DNA from: an uncultured Aliarcobacter sp.
GTDB lineage: Bacteria > Campylobacterota > Campylobacteria > Campylobacterales > Arcobacteraceae
Direction: 5' to 3'
DNA: 64,000 nt
Assembly (NCBI GenBank): GCA_963677435.1
Contig: OY781945.1
Location: 2,496,001 to 2,560,000, forward strand
This document shows positions 23,639-33,406 of this stretch, piece by piece; positions within the stretch are counted from its first letter, which is position 1; every line of letters begins with the position of its first letter. The notes below the pieces were generated by a model that saw only the letters and a program-made list of their open reading frames with translations, had not been told where the DNA came from and did no database searches. The translations under genes were made by a program, and so were the position numbers.

Positions 23639-24047
23639 TCTCTTTAATCAAATTAACTTGTTTAGTTTTTATTCTTGGTAAATTATTCAAAGAAAAAAAT
23701 TTAACCTTTGAATTTTCCCAAGATAAATAATTGTTTTTTAAAGTATCCTCTACAAAATATTGTTCTAAATTATCAATATTATTTGCATTAACTAACCAAA
23801 TACCAACATCTTTATCTATATTAATTTGCTCAAAATAATCTTCAAAAAGAGCTGTTTCAACCTCAATTGAACACTCTTCCATAAACTCTCTTTTAGCACA
23901 TTCATAGGCTGATTCATTGTTATTTTTTGTACCTTTTAAACAACCCCATTTATCTTTACTTGCAACTGATTTACATAATAATATCTTTATATTATCCTGC
24001 GTTACTAAATAAGGAACTACCCCATACGATTTTACATGAGATCTCAT
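23601..24047 (-). CDS. NUDIX hydrolase
   Basis: Nudix box GTKNNNESAYECAKREFMEEC. Confidence 0.85.
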   Translation of the reverse strand: MRSHVKSYGVVPYLVTQDNIKILLCKSVASKDKWGCLKGTKNNNESAYECAKREFMEECSIEVETALFEDYFEQINIDKDVGIWLVNANNIDNLEQYFVEDTLKNNYLSWENSKVKFFSLNNLPRIKTKQVNLIKEIKDFLKNKNLHH

Positions 24048-24059
24048 CTTTTTACCTTG

Positions 24060-25127
24060 TTAAGAATTTATTTTTTTATTATATAGATACATTGAAATAA
24101 TTACCCAAATTAACATGGGTAATAAAATAGATACTTCAGGAATTACAATGCCTCCCTTTGTAAATTTAAATAACATAAAGAAAATACCCCAAATTATAAG
24201 TGTTCCAAAAATTGAAATAGATGTAAATTTCCCAACATTAAAAAATCTACTATTTAAAGAAGCATATGCAAAAATCAATAATATCAAAGGAATTACAAAA
24301 AAAGGAATTACAATTTGATTATATAAAATACTTCTAATTTTATCTGTATTTATTCCTTGCTCTTTTAGTAATATTACAGCAGAAACAGCATCAAAGATTG
24401 AAAATTCAGAATTATTTTCATAAACATTATCCAGAATTTTTGGTTTAAAACCATCTAAAGTATGTAAAAATTTCTCATATCTTATTTCTAATTTTGAATC
24501 ATCTATATTTAAATCTTTTGGTTTATCAATTATTTTCACATTTACAACATACCATCTATTATTTTGAAAATATGCTTTTTCACCTATTATAGTCTCAATT
24601 ACATCTTTTCCTGAAACCTTAAAAATATGTATATTTTCAGCTCTTTTTTCTAAAGGTAATAACTTTTTAAAATATACATAATAATCATTATATTTTAAAA
24701 AAATATCATTTTTTGTACTTGTAAAATATTCATTATTTAGAATTTTACTTTTCTGATCTGATGAGTATGCTAAAGGAGTCATTTGTAGAAAAATAAGAAC
24801 AATTAATAATAAAACAGAAATATTTACAACAGGTAAAAAAATTCTTTTATTAGTTGCTCCAAGGGCATTAAAGGCAACAAATTCATTATTTCTAATAAAT
24901 ACTACTAAAGTTACAATCCATCCAAATACAATTGATAATGGCAATGTTAATGTTAATGTAAAAAATGACATATATAACACATACAAAAGTTGTAAGTTAG
25001 CTGATTGAGGAAGAGATTTAAAGTTTTGTAAAATATCAATACCAACAAAAAAAACTTCTAATGAAAGTAAAACAATAATAAAGTTAATTAAATATTTTTT
25101 TAAAATGTATTTTGTTAATATGCTCAT
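24060..25127 (-). CDS. LptF/LptG family LPS export permease
   Basis: 3+3 TM layout around a periplasmic domain; NEFVAFNALG motif. Confidence 0.85.
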   Translation of the reverse strand: MSILTKYILKKYLINFIIVLLSLEVFFVGIDILQNFKSLPQSANLQLLYVLYMSFFTLTLTLPLSIVFGWIVTLVVFIRNNEFVAFNALGATNKRIFLPVVNISVLLLIVLIFLQMTPLAYSSDQKSKILNNEYFTSTKNDIFLKYNDYYVYFKKLLPLEKRAENIHIFKVSGKDVIETIIGEKAYFQNNRWYVVNVKIIDKPKDLNIDDSKLEIRYEKFLHTLDGFKPKILDNVYENNSEFSIFDAVSAVILLKEQGINTDKIRSILYNQIVIPFFVIPLILLIFAYASLNSRFFNVGKFTSISIFGTLIIWGIFFMLFKFTKGGIVIPEVSILLPMLIWVIISMYLYNKKINS

Positions 25128-25128
25128 C

Positions 25129-25680
25129 TTACTTCAATGTAAATTTAGTTTTTACTTGTTCTATATCTTCACTTTTTAGTGCTTTTATAGCATTCATAAT
25201 ATGCGCTATTATATCTGGTAGTTTGTTTAATTCTTCTTTTGAAAAATTATTTAACACATAATTTGCAACATCTGCTTTGTCTTGAGGTTTTCCAACTCCA
25301 ATTCTTACTCGAATATACTCTTTTCCTATATGGGCATCAATTGATCTTAAACCATTATGACCACCATGACCACCACCTATTTTAAACTTTACAGTTCCAA
25401 ATGGTAAATCAATATCATCATGAATCACAATAATATCTTCCATTTCTAATTTATAATACTCTTTAATAGCTTGAACAGCCATTCCAGAATTATTCATAAA
25501 AGTTGTGGGTTTTGAGTATAAATCATAAGCTGATTTTTCTAGAGTTGAATGAAAATTTGATTTTTGAATATTTGAAGTTGTAAGATTTTTGGTTATCTCA
25601 TCGATAACCATAAATCCTACATTATGTCTTGTTAATTGATATTTATCACCAATATTCCCAAGACCTACAATTAAATGCAT
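25129..25680 (-). CDS. pth: peptidyl-tRNA hydrolase
   Basis: LIVGLGNIG, TRHNVGF, HDDIDL, GGHNGLRSI. Confidence 0.97.
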   Translation of the reverse strand: MHLIVGLGNIGDKYQLTRHNVGFMVIDEITKNLTTSNIQKSNFHSTLEKSAYDLYSKPTTFMNNSGMAVQAIKEYYKLEMEDIIVIHDDIDLPFGTVKFKIGGGHGGHNGLRSIDAHIGKEYIRVRIGVGKPQDKADVANYVLNNFSKEELNKLPDIIAHIMNAIKALKSEDIEQVKTKFTLK

Positions 25681-25690
25681 TGAATTAAAA

Positions 25691-26227
25691 CTATTTAGCT
25701 TTAATTATACCAACAACAGGAACTCTTGGATCTAAGAAACACTCTAATGAACCAGGTAAAGTTAAATCTCTAATTAAGATATTATCACCTGTATCTAAGT
25801 TTGTTACATCTAAAGTAATGTTATTTGGTAATTCTTCAACAGTACATTTAACAGGTACTCTTTTAGTATGAATCATTAAAAGACCTTTATTTTTAAGACC
25901 TTTTGCAATACCTGTAGTTTTAACTGGGATTTTATATGAAGTTTTAACACCTGCTTGTGCAACCATTAAATCAACATGTAATAACTCAGAAGTTAACGGA
26001 CATTTTTGATATTCTTGAACTACAACTTTTACAATGTTTCCACCAAGATTAACATCAAATGCTAAAGTCTCTTTGTTTCTTAAAAATTTGATAAATTCAT
26101 TTCTTTTGAATGCCGCTGAAATATTTTCTAAACCTTTACCATAGATATTTGCAATTAAATACCCTTCTCTTCTTAAAGTTTTAGTAGCTTGTTTTGTCAT
26201 ACTATCTCTGATGATACCCTCTAACAT
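25691..26227 (-). CDS. rplY: 50S ribosomal protein L25/Ctc
   Basis: [18 protein letters not shown]; upstream of pth. Confidence 0.95.
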   Translation of the reverse strand: MLEGIIRDSMTKQATKTLRREGYLIANIYGKGLENISAAFKRNEFIKFLRNKETLAFDVNLGGNIVKVVVQEYQKCPLTSELLHVDLMVAQAGVKTSYKIPVKTTGIAKGLKNKGLLMIHTKRVPVKCTVEELPNNITLDVTNLDTGDNILIRDLTLPGSLECFLDPRVPVVGIIKAK

Positions 26228-26382
26228 AACGTTTCCTTTTTGTTTTAAATTTAGGGCAGGATTATATAGAAAGTTTTCTAAATATTAGTTTAAGTTTTTA
26301 TTAATCTTACATTTAACTTTTATTAATTGATTTTTAGATATTATATTTTCCTTAATAAAAACAAAATATAAGGTAAAACCCG

Positions 26383-27243
26383 ATGATATTATTAGATGGA
26401 AAAGCATTATCTGAAAAAATCAAAGAAGAAGTAAAAGTTGAAGTAGCACAACTAGTTGAAGAAAAACAAATAACTCCAGGACTTGCAGTTATTTTAGTTG
26501 GTAATGATGCGGCTAGTGCAACATATGTGGCAAGCAAAGCAAAATCATGTAAAAATGCGGGTATTTACTCTGTTGTTCATGAAATGCCAGATAGTATTAC
26601 TCAAGAAGAATTATTAGAAACAATTGAAATGATGAATAAAAATCCAAAACTTGATGGTATCTTAGTTCAATTACCACTTCCAAAACATATTGATACAACT
26701 ACTGTTTTAGAAGCAATTAATCCTTTAAAAGATGTGGATGGTTTCCATCCGTACAATGTTGGAAGAATGGTTTCAAATCTTGATTCTTTTTTACCAGCAA
26801 CTCCTTTTGGTGTTATGAGAATGTTTGAAGAATATGGTATAGAATTAAGTGGTAAAAATGTTGTAGTAATTGGAAGTAGTGATATTGTTGGTAAGCCAAT
26901 GGCTTCACTTTTAATTAATGCAAAAGCAACAGTAACTGTTTGTAACTCACGAACAAAAGATTTAAAAGCTCACACAAAAGAAGCTGATATTGTTATCATT
27001 GCTGTTGGTGTTCCACATTTACTAAAAGCTGATATGATTAAAGATGGTGCAGTTGTTATTGATGTTGGTATCAATAGACTTGATACTGGTAAATTAACAG
27101 GTGATGCTGACTTTGAAGATTGTAAAGAAAAATGTTCATTTATAACTCCAGTTCCTGGTGGAGTTGGACCTATGACAATTGGTATGTTATTAAAAAATAC
27201 TCTTAAAGCTGCAAAATTAAGAGATAAAAGAGAAAGTAAATAA
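26383..27243 (+). CDS. folD: methylenetetrahydrofolate dehydrogenase/cyclohydrolase
   Basis: GILVQLPLP, KDVDGFHP, TPVPGGVGPMT. Confidence 0.97.
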   Translation: MILLDGKALSEKIKEEVKVEVAQLVEEKQITPGLAVILVGNDAASATYVASKAKSCKNAGIYSVVHEMPDSITQEELLETIEMMNKNPKLDGILVQLPLPKHIDTTTVLEAINPLKDVDGFHPYNVGRMVSNLDSFLPATPFGVMRMFEEYGIELSGKNVVVIGSSDIVGKPMASLLINAKATVTVCNSRTKDLKAHTKEADIVIIAVGVPHLLKADMIKDGAVVIDVGINRLDTGKLTGDADFEDCKEKCSFITPVPGGVGPMTIGMLLKNTLKAAKLRDKRESK

Positions 27244-28029
27244 ATGTTAAAAAAACTATATAACTGGTCTAGTTCTTGGACTGGTACAATTGTAATTGTT
27301 CTTGCAATAATATTTTTTGTTGCACAAGCATTTGTAATTCCAAGTGGAAGTATGAAAAATACACTTCTAATTGGTGATATGCTTTTTGTTAAAAAATTCT
27401 CTTATGGTATTCCAACTCCAAGAATACCATGGCTTGAAGTAAAAGTATTACCTGATTTTAATAACAATGGACATTTAATTGAAGGACCAAGACCACAAAG
27501 AGGTGATATTGTTGTTTTTAGATACCCAAAAAATGAAAATATTCACTATGTAAAAAGAGCAGTTGCAACTGGTGGAGATTTAGTTGCAGTTAAAGATAAA
27601 CATCTTTTACTTCATCCAAAAGAAGGAAATGAGTTTGTAAAAGTAAACTATCCAAAAGAAAATATTATTGAAATTGATAATAAACTTTGGGTAGTTGACC
27701 CTTACCAAAAAGAACATCCAGGAATTCACCATGATGAAAAAATTGTTGATAATGGTTTAAATCCAGCAGAATTATTTAACATGTCACCAATTATTGTTCC
27801 AGAAGATGAAACATTTATGATGGGTGATAATAGAGATCACTCAAATGATTCAAGATTTTGGGGAACTGTTCCATATAAAGATGTTGTAGGAACTCCTTGG
27901 TTTATCTATTTTTCATGGAATGATAACAAAGAGATTAGATGGGATAGAGTTTTAAAAAGTGTTGAAACATTAGAAAAAACTGTAGATTTTGATAAATTAG
28001 AGATTGAGCAAGAAGAAGGAATTTATTAA
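27244..28029 (+). CDS. lepB: signal peptidase I
   Basis: IPSGSM, YVKR, MGDNRDHSNDSRFWG. Confidence 0.96.
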   Translation: MLKKLYNWSSSWTGTIVIVLAIIFFVAQAFVIPSGSMKNTLLIGDMLFVKKFSYGIPTPRIPWLEVKVLPDFNNNGHLIEGPRPQRGDIVVFRYPKNENIHYVKRAVATGGDLVAVKDKHLLLHPKEGNEFVKVNYPKENIIEIDNKLWVVDPYQKEHPGIHHDEKIVDNGLNPAELFNMSPIIVPEDETFMMGDNRDHSNDSRFWGTVPYKDVVGTPWFIYFSWNDNKEIRWDRVLKSVETLEKTVDFDKLEIEQEEGIY

Positions 28030-28484
28030 TGAAATATTTTATTGGTGCAGATCATGCAGGAATTGATATAAAAGACTATGTTAAAGAACTTTTTGAAGAA
28101 AGAGGTCATGAAGTTATAGACTTAGGACCTTTTAGTAAAGATAGAGTTGATTATCCTGATTATGCTTCAAAAGTTTGTAAAAAAGTACTTGAAGAAGAAG
28201 GAACTATGGGAATCTTAATCTGTGGTTCAGGACTTGGAATGAGTATGGCTGCAAATAAATTTGATGGAATTAGAGCAGCACTTTGTCATAATGAATATAG
28301 TGCAAGAATGGCTAGAAAACACAATGATGCAAATGTAATTTGCTTAGGGGAGAGAGTTTCTGGATATGGAATGATTGAAGCTATAATCAAATCTTGGGAT
28401 AAAGCAGAATTCGAAGGTGGAAGACACGCAGGTCGAGTTGAAAAAATCAACGCTTTAGGAAAAATGGGAAGTTGTAGAGCATAG
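28029..28484 (+). CDS. rpiB: ribose-5-phosphate isomerase B
   Basis: GADHAG, DYPD, CGSGLG, HNDANV, FEGGRH. Confidence 0.96.
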   Translation: MKYFIGADHAGIDIKDYVKELFEERGHEVIDLGPFSKDRVDYPDYASKVCKKVLEEEGTMGILICGSGLGMSMAANKFDGIRAALCHNEYSARMARKHNDANVICLGERVSGYGMIEAIIKSWDKAEFEGGRHAGRVEKINALGKMGSCRA

Positions 28485-28499
28485 TTTTCTATGCCCTAC
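28474..28499. terminator. hairpin at convergent rpiB / GNAT junction
   Basis: GTAGaGCATAG-TTTT-CTATGCcCTAC. Confidence 0.55.
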
Positions 28500-28909
28500 T
28501 TTACCATCAAATATCCATCACTATCTTCATAATAATCTTTTAAAACTTTTTTTATTTTAAATCCAAATTTTTCATATAATTTTACAGCTTTTTCATTTTT
28601 TACTTTTACTTCAAGGGAATAATTTTTATTTTTTAACTCTTTAAAACTAAATTCTAAAAGTTTTGAAGCAATTCCTAATCCTTGAAAATTTTCATCAATT
28701 GCAAGGGAATACAGTCGAAAATACTCTTTTCTCTCAAGCCATAAAATATATCCAACTATTTTTTTTTCCATCTGGATTTTAAAGATTTTATTTTTAAAAA
28801 TATGATATTTGAAACTAGCTTTACTAAGTGCAAAACTATCATTTTTAAAAACTCTTTTTTCTATATCGTATAAAGAGTTTAAATCTTCTATTTTAGCTTG
28901 ACTAATCAT
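28496..28909 (-). CDS. RimI-like GNAT N-acetyltransferase
   Basis: LAIDENFQGLGIA acetyl-CoA motif, LEVKVKN..AVKLYEKFGF, YYED. Confidence 0.85.
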   Translation of the reverse strand: MISQAKIEDLNSLYDIEKRVFKNDSFALSKASFKYHIFKNKIFKIQMEKKIVGYILWLERKEYFRLYSLAIDENFQGLGIASKLLEFSFKELKNKNYSLEVKVKNEKAVKLYEKFGFKIKKVLKDYYEDSDGYLMVK

Positions 28910-29886
28910 TTTTGATAAATTGTATATTTTGGAACTAATTTTTTTGGACGATATGACATTTTAACTTTTTTAAGATTTTCAAATCCCATATCATCACCAA
29001 CATTTATATACTCAACTGCATATTTATCTTTTAAGATTTTTGTAAACTCTCTAAAAATAAATTGGGCACAACCTAAAATTTCAAAATCTGTTTTTTCAAT
29101 AATTACACTTGCTGTTTGTTCATTTATTTTTTCACCAACTGTAAAACCTTTTATTTCATCATCAATATAAATTACAAGCCCAATAATGTCTAAATTTTCA
29201 TAATCATTAATAAGTCTTTTAATGGCAAATCTTTCAAAATAAATACCATCCATAAAAACTTCAACTTCTTCTTTTGGCATATATGTAGTTCTATCTTTTA
29301 CCCATTTATTAAAAAGTGACATAACCTCTTTTGCATGTTTTTCTTTTTCTAAAATCTCTAATCTAAAATTTGGATAAACTTTTCTAAATCTATTTATCTC
29401 ATTTCTTTTTGATTTATAAGAGTCACCTTTTAAGTCTATTAGATCTTCAACTTTATAAATGTAATCAACAAGTTTTTTCTCAATAATAAAATCTTTTAAC
29501 ATTTCATATACTAAAGTGCCCTCTTCTAAATAATCAACAAATCCCTCAAGTAACTCTTCATGAACATACTCAATTTTTGAGTAGTTTCTATTGCTATTAT
29601 GAGAATTCATAATTTCAAAACATCTTAGCATTGCTTCATAAGTATTCTCTTTTTTACCTATTGGAGGTAATAACATTGATAGTTCACCTGAATTTAAAAT
29701 GAACAAACAAAAAGTCTCATTTACTATTGCATAAAATCCTGTTGCTGTTGAAAGCCAAATATAATTACCTGCAAATGTATAATCACTAACATCTACATTT
29801 ATTAGTTTTAAATACTCATCCATTGTATCTTTTGCTTTTAAATCAAAATGTTTTAAAGTATAGTTGTTTATTGTCAAAGTTGACAT
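28906..29886 (-). CDS. DUF2156 / LPG-synthase C-terminal-like soluble aminoacyltransferase
   Basis: DYIY...LIDLKG..YKSKRN, IEK, YINVGDDMG..NLKKVKMSYRP. Confidence 0.8.
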   Translation of the reverse strand: MSTLTINNYTLKHFDLKAKDTMDEYLKLINVDVSDYTFAGNYIWLSTATGFYAIVNETFCLFILNSGELSMLLPPIGKKENTYEAMLRCFEIMNSHNSNRNYSKIEYVHEELLEGFVDYLEEGTLVYEMLKDFIIEKKLVDYIYKVEDLIDLKGDSYKSKRNEINRFRKVYPNFRLEILEKEKHAKEVMSLFNKWVKDRTTYMPKEEVEVFMDGIYFERFAIKRLINDYENLDIIGLVIYIDDEIKGFTVGEKINEQTASVIIEKTDFEILGCAQFIFREFTKILKDKYAVEYINVGDDMGFENLKKVKMSYRPKKLVPKYTIYQK

Positions 29887-30025
29887 TTTATTTTTTTCCT
29901 TAAGAAAGATTTTGCGAATTATACATCTGTTTTTAACATTTGCATCAAATCCTTCAAAAGTTTATTCTAAGTGCCTATTTATCAATATTATGAGATAATC
30001 AAACAAAATTCAAAAGGCATAAATT

Positions 30026-30139
30026 ATGAGTGATTGGCAAGTATATTTAATGATGTTTATTGTTGTTAGTGCAATGTTACTTGGTAAAAAAATGATGTTT
30101 TTTGATGATACAAAAAAAGAGCCAAAGGATAAAAATTGA
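30026..30139 (+). CDS. small single-TM protein (37 aa)
   Basis: MSDWQVYLMMFIVVSAMLLGKKMMFFDDTKKEPKDKN. AAGG upstream; its TGA overlaps the TTG start of the next gene. Confidence 0.65.
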   Translation: MSDWQVYLMMFIVVSAMLLGKKMMFFDDTKKEPKDKN

Positions 30140-31362
30140 TAAATCCAAGAATTATAGATTATATATTTTCATCAGCTTCAATTCAAAGATGGAATGACTA
30201 TCCAAGAATGGTTGAATTAGTTGAACTTGATAAACAAGCTCATAAATTTATTATTGCATATTTTATTGCAAAACTAGAAAAAGATATAAATTTTACACAC
30301 CTAATAGAAGCTGGAATTTTTGAGTTTTTAAGACGAGTTGTTGTAACTGATATTAGACCTGATGTTTTTAGAAAAGCTCTACAAAAAAAATCAAAAGAGA
30401 TTAACTCTTGGGTTATTTCAAAATTAACTCCATCAATTAAAGATATAGATAATGGGAATTTCTTACAAAAATTTGAAGAGTATTTATCAAATCCTGAGAT
30501 GTACAAAAAAGAGAGATTTATTTTAAAAGCTGCTTCTTATTTAGCAACCAAATGGGAATTTTCTATTGTTTATCAAACAAGTCAATTTTTAAATGATATT
30601 GAAAATGTGAAAAAAAGTGTTGATGAAGAACTTGAAGATTATTATGAATTAATTGGAGTGCGAAAAATTGCTCTAAATAAAAAACTTGCAAAAATCATAG
30701 ATTTAAGTGGAAGATTAAGATTTCAAAAAAGATGGGCTCAGACTCCAAGAATTCCTGAAACTTCAGTTTTAGGACATATGTTAACGGTTGCAATTTTTGG
30801 ATATTTTTTCTCACTTGAAGTAAATGCTTGTGATAAAAGATTACAAAACAACTTCTTTACAGCCCTATTTCATGATTTACCAGAAGCACTAACCAGAGAT
30901 ATTATAACTCCTGTAAAATATTGCGTAGATGAGTTATCTGACATAATAGCTGAGTATGAAATTGAAAAAATACAAGATGATATTTTGCCAAATATTCCAG
31001 AAATTTTACACGATGAATTTTCTTATATTCTAGGACTTTATGATGGAATAAAAGAAGAGTTTCAAAATAAAATCTATGAAGACAAAATCCAAATTGTAGA
31101 AGATGTTTCAAAATATAACTCTAATAAATACAATGCCATTGATGGATTAGCACTTAAACAATGTGATAAATTATCAGCTTTTGTGGAAGCTAGTTTATCT
31201 ATTTCTCATGGAATAAAATCAAAAGAGTTAATAAGTGGTAAAAAACAGATTTTAAAAGGTTTAAAAACAGTTCAAGGGATTGATTTTAAAGCAATTGCAA
31301 CTCAAATAGACTACGAGTTTGGAACAACTGGACAAACTCAAGTTAGAATGGAATTTGATTAA
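30136..31362 (+). CDS. HD-domain phosphohydrolase (YfbR-like, duplicated domain)
   Basis: IQRWND first half; FQKRW...ETSVLGH...FHDLPEALTRDIITPVK...DKLSA second half. Confidence 0.85.
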   Translation: MINPRIIDYIFSSASIQRWNDYPRMVELVELDKQAHKFIIAYFIAKLEKDINFTHLIEAGIFEFLRRVVVTDIRPDVFRKALQKKSKEINSWVISKLTPSIKDIDNGNFLQKFEEYLSNPEMYKKERFILKAASYLATKWEFSIVYQTSQFLNDIENVKKSVDEELEDYYELIGVRKIALNKKLAKIIDLSGRLRFQKRWAQTPRIPETSVLGHMLTVAIFGYFFSLEVNACDKRLQNNFFTALFHDLPEALTRDIITPVKYCVDELSDIIAEYEIEKIQDDILPNIPEILHDEFSYILGLYDGIKEEFQNKIYEDKIQIVEDVSKYNSNKYNAIDGLALKQCDKLSAFVEASLSISHGIKSKELISGKKQILKGLKTVQGIDFKAIATQIDYEFGTTGQTQVRMEFD

Positions 31363-31371
31363 AATATAGAA

Positions 31372-31399
31372 AAAATATAGCTTTTAAAAGCTATATTTT
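31372..31399. terminator. 28-bp perfect palindrome at convergent gene ends
   Basis: AAAATATAGCTTTT/AAAAGCTATATTTT, overlapping the receptor stop codon. Confidence 0.55.
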
Positions 31400-33336
31400 A
31401 AATTAACATATCCATATCTTCCTGGATCATTGAATAACACTCTTTCAGAACCAACTGATGCATATGTAATATCTTGATATGTATTTGTTGAGTTATAAAC
31501 TTTATCAAATAGATTATCAACTCCAAGGGTTACACCAAAATTTTTAAATAACTGATTTGCATATTTTAAATTAAATAGTGCATAACCTGCTAACTCTTGC
31601 TCTTTTGCAGAACTATCATAACTATTCCATCTATCAACTGCTATTACCTCAGCTGTATATTTTGATTTGTCCATCTCATAATTTAGTGCTAAGTTTGCTT
31701 TTAGTGGTGGGATTTCTGCTAAATCTTTGTCAGTAGCATCACCATCTTTTTTCCCTCTTTGATATGCAACTCCATAATCTAAAGATAAATTATCAGTCAT
31801 AAAATAGAATCCTGAAATATCTAAACCATATATTTTTGCATCAATATTTTCAAATTTTGACCCACTGTTATAAATATAATCTTTTAATACTGAATAAAAT
31901 AATTTTGGTTTAATATTAAATGTTCCGATAGTTTTATCAAAGCCTAAATCTGCTTCATAATTTTTTGTTTGATCTAAATCAGAATTACCTGTACTTGAAT
32001 ATAATTCTCTAGCATCTGGAACCCTTGAAGATTTACCAATTCCTGCAAAATATTTCATATCTTTATCAACATTATAAATAGCAAAAATATTTGCATTTAA
32101 ACCAACATATTTTTTATCATTTTTTGCTTCATTTGATGAATCAACATCTGTGTAATCATATCTAGTACCTACTTCTAAATCTAATTTACCAAATGATTTT
32201 TCAACTTTTGAAAAAATTGCTTTATTAGTTGTGTCTGTAGAAGCTAAAGGAGTAGAGTTCATACTAGTAGCACCTGTTGCTACATTTGTTCTATACATCT
32301 CTCCTTGCCAATTTCTAATACTTGTATCTAAACCAAGAGTTACTAAACTATCTGCAATTTCCATGCTATTTTTGATTTTACTTCCCCAAATAGAAGTTTT
32401 ATATCTTGCAGTCATATAGTTTACTGAACCATTATTTCTAAGTTTTGTACTCATAGGATGGTCAACATCTGAATAGTAATAATCTAAATTTAACTCTTTT
32501 GATAAATCACCTAAATTTCTTGCAGTGTATCCAACAGTATAGATATTTGAATCATCATAATCAGCATCCATAGTTCCAGTTGGATATAAAACTTCATCAC
32601 TTCTATTTGCTGTATAAGATAGTTTTATCTCTTGGTCATCATTTATATTAAATTGCCCTTTTGTTAAAAGAGTTTTTTTCTCATAAGCTTTTTTATTTTG
32701 GTCAATATATTGATTTGTTGAAGGAATACCTTTTGAAATTTGTTGTTGTGAAAAGTTATCTCCATTTCCATCTTTATATTGGTCACTTTGTTCTGTTGAA
32801 GTTGAAATTAATAATTTAACTCTATCTGTTCCAGCACTTATAGTTCCACTAGCTTTTCTATATCCATAACTTCCTGCATTTAAATTAATTTCACCATGAA
32901 CATCTTTTGTTGGCTCTTTTGTTTCTACTTTTACAAGTCCACTTAATGTTCCAAAGTTTTCAACATCATAAGGACCTTCAATTATTTTTACACTTTGTAC
33001 ATTGTTTGATAAAACATGAGAAGTTGCTGGATCCATTCTATTTGGACAAGCTCCGTAGATTTTTGCATCATCAAGTAAGATATTTATATTATCTTTTTTT
33101 TGCCCTCTCAAAATAATATCATTTGCAATTCCACTTCTTCTTACAATTGAAATTGATGGGACACTTTTACTTAATGCTTCTGCTAAGTCAGCACTTTTTA
33201 GTTGTTCAGCACTAATGTCTTTTACTATTGTTGAGTTTGCAGTTTCAACTACGCTAATTGTGTCTAAAGTTTCAACTTCACTTGCATTTAACAAAACAGC
33301 AGTTGTTATAAGCGATAAAGAGATAAGTTTCTTCAT
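31384..33336 (-). CDS. TonB-dependent outer-membrane receptor, OprC/NosA-like (copper)
   Basis: Signal peptide, TonB box LDTISV, plug motif GACPNRMDP, barrel DHPM, C-terminal Phe. Confidence 0.85.
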   Translation of the reverse strand: MKKLISLSLITTAVLLNASEVETLDTISVVETANSTIVKDISAEQLKSADLAEALSKSVPSISIVRRSGIANDIILRGQKKDNINILLDDAKIYGACPNRMDPATSHVLSNNVQSVKIIEGPYDVENFGTLSGLVKVETKEPTKDVHGEINLNAGSYGYRKASGTISAGTDRVKLLISTSTEQSDQYKDGNGDNFSQQQISKGIPSTNQYIDQNKKAYEKKTLLTKGQFNINDDQEIKLSYTANRSDEVLYPTGTMDADYDDSNIYTVGYTARNLGDLSKELNLDYYYSDVDHPMSTKLRNNGSVNYMTARYKTSIWGSKIKNSMEIADSLVTLGLDTSIRNWQGEMYRTNVATGATSMNSTPLASTDTTNKAIFSKVEKSFGKLDLEVGTRYDYTDVDSSNEAKNDKKYVGLNANIFAIYNVDKDMKYFAGIGKSSRVPDARELYSSTGNSDLDQTKNYEADLGFDKTIGTFNIKPKLFYSVLKDYIYNSGSKFENIDAKIYGLDISGFYFMTDNLSLDYGVAYQRGKKDGDATDKDLAEIPPLKANLALNYEMDKSKYTAEVIAVDRWNSYDSSAKEQELAGYALFNLKYANQLFKNFGVTLGVDNLFDKVYNSTNTYQDITYASVGSERVLFNDPGRYGYVNLKYSF

Positions 33337-33406
33337 AAATTTTACCTTCTATTAAAAAATTTATGAAAGTATTACTAAGTGCTGTTAATTTTTTGTTAAT
33401 TAATCA

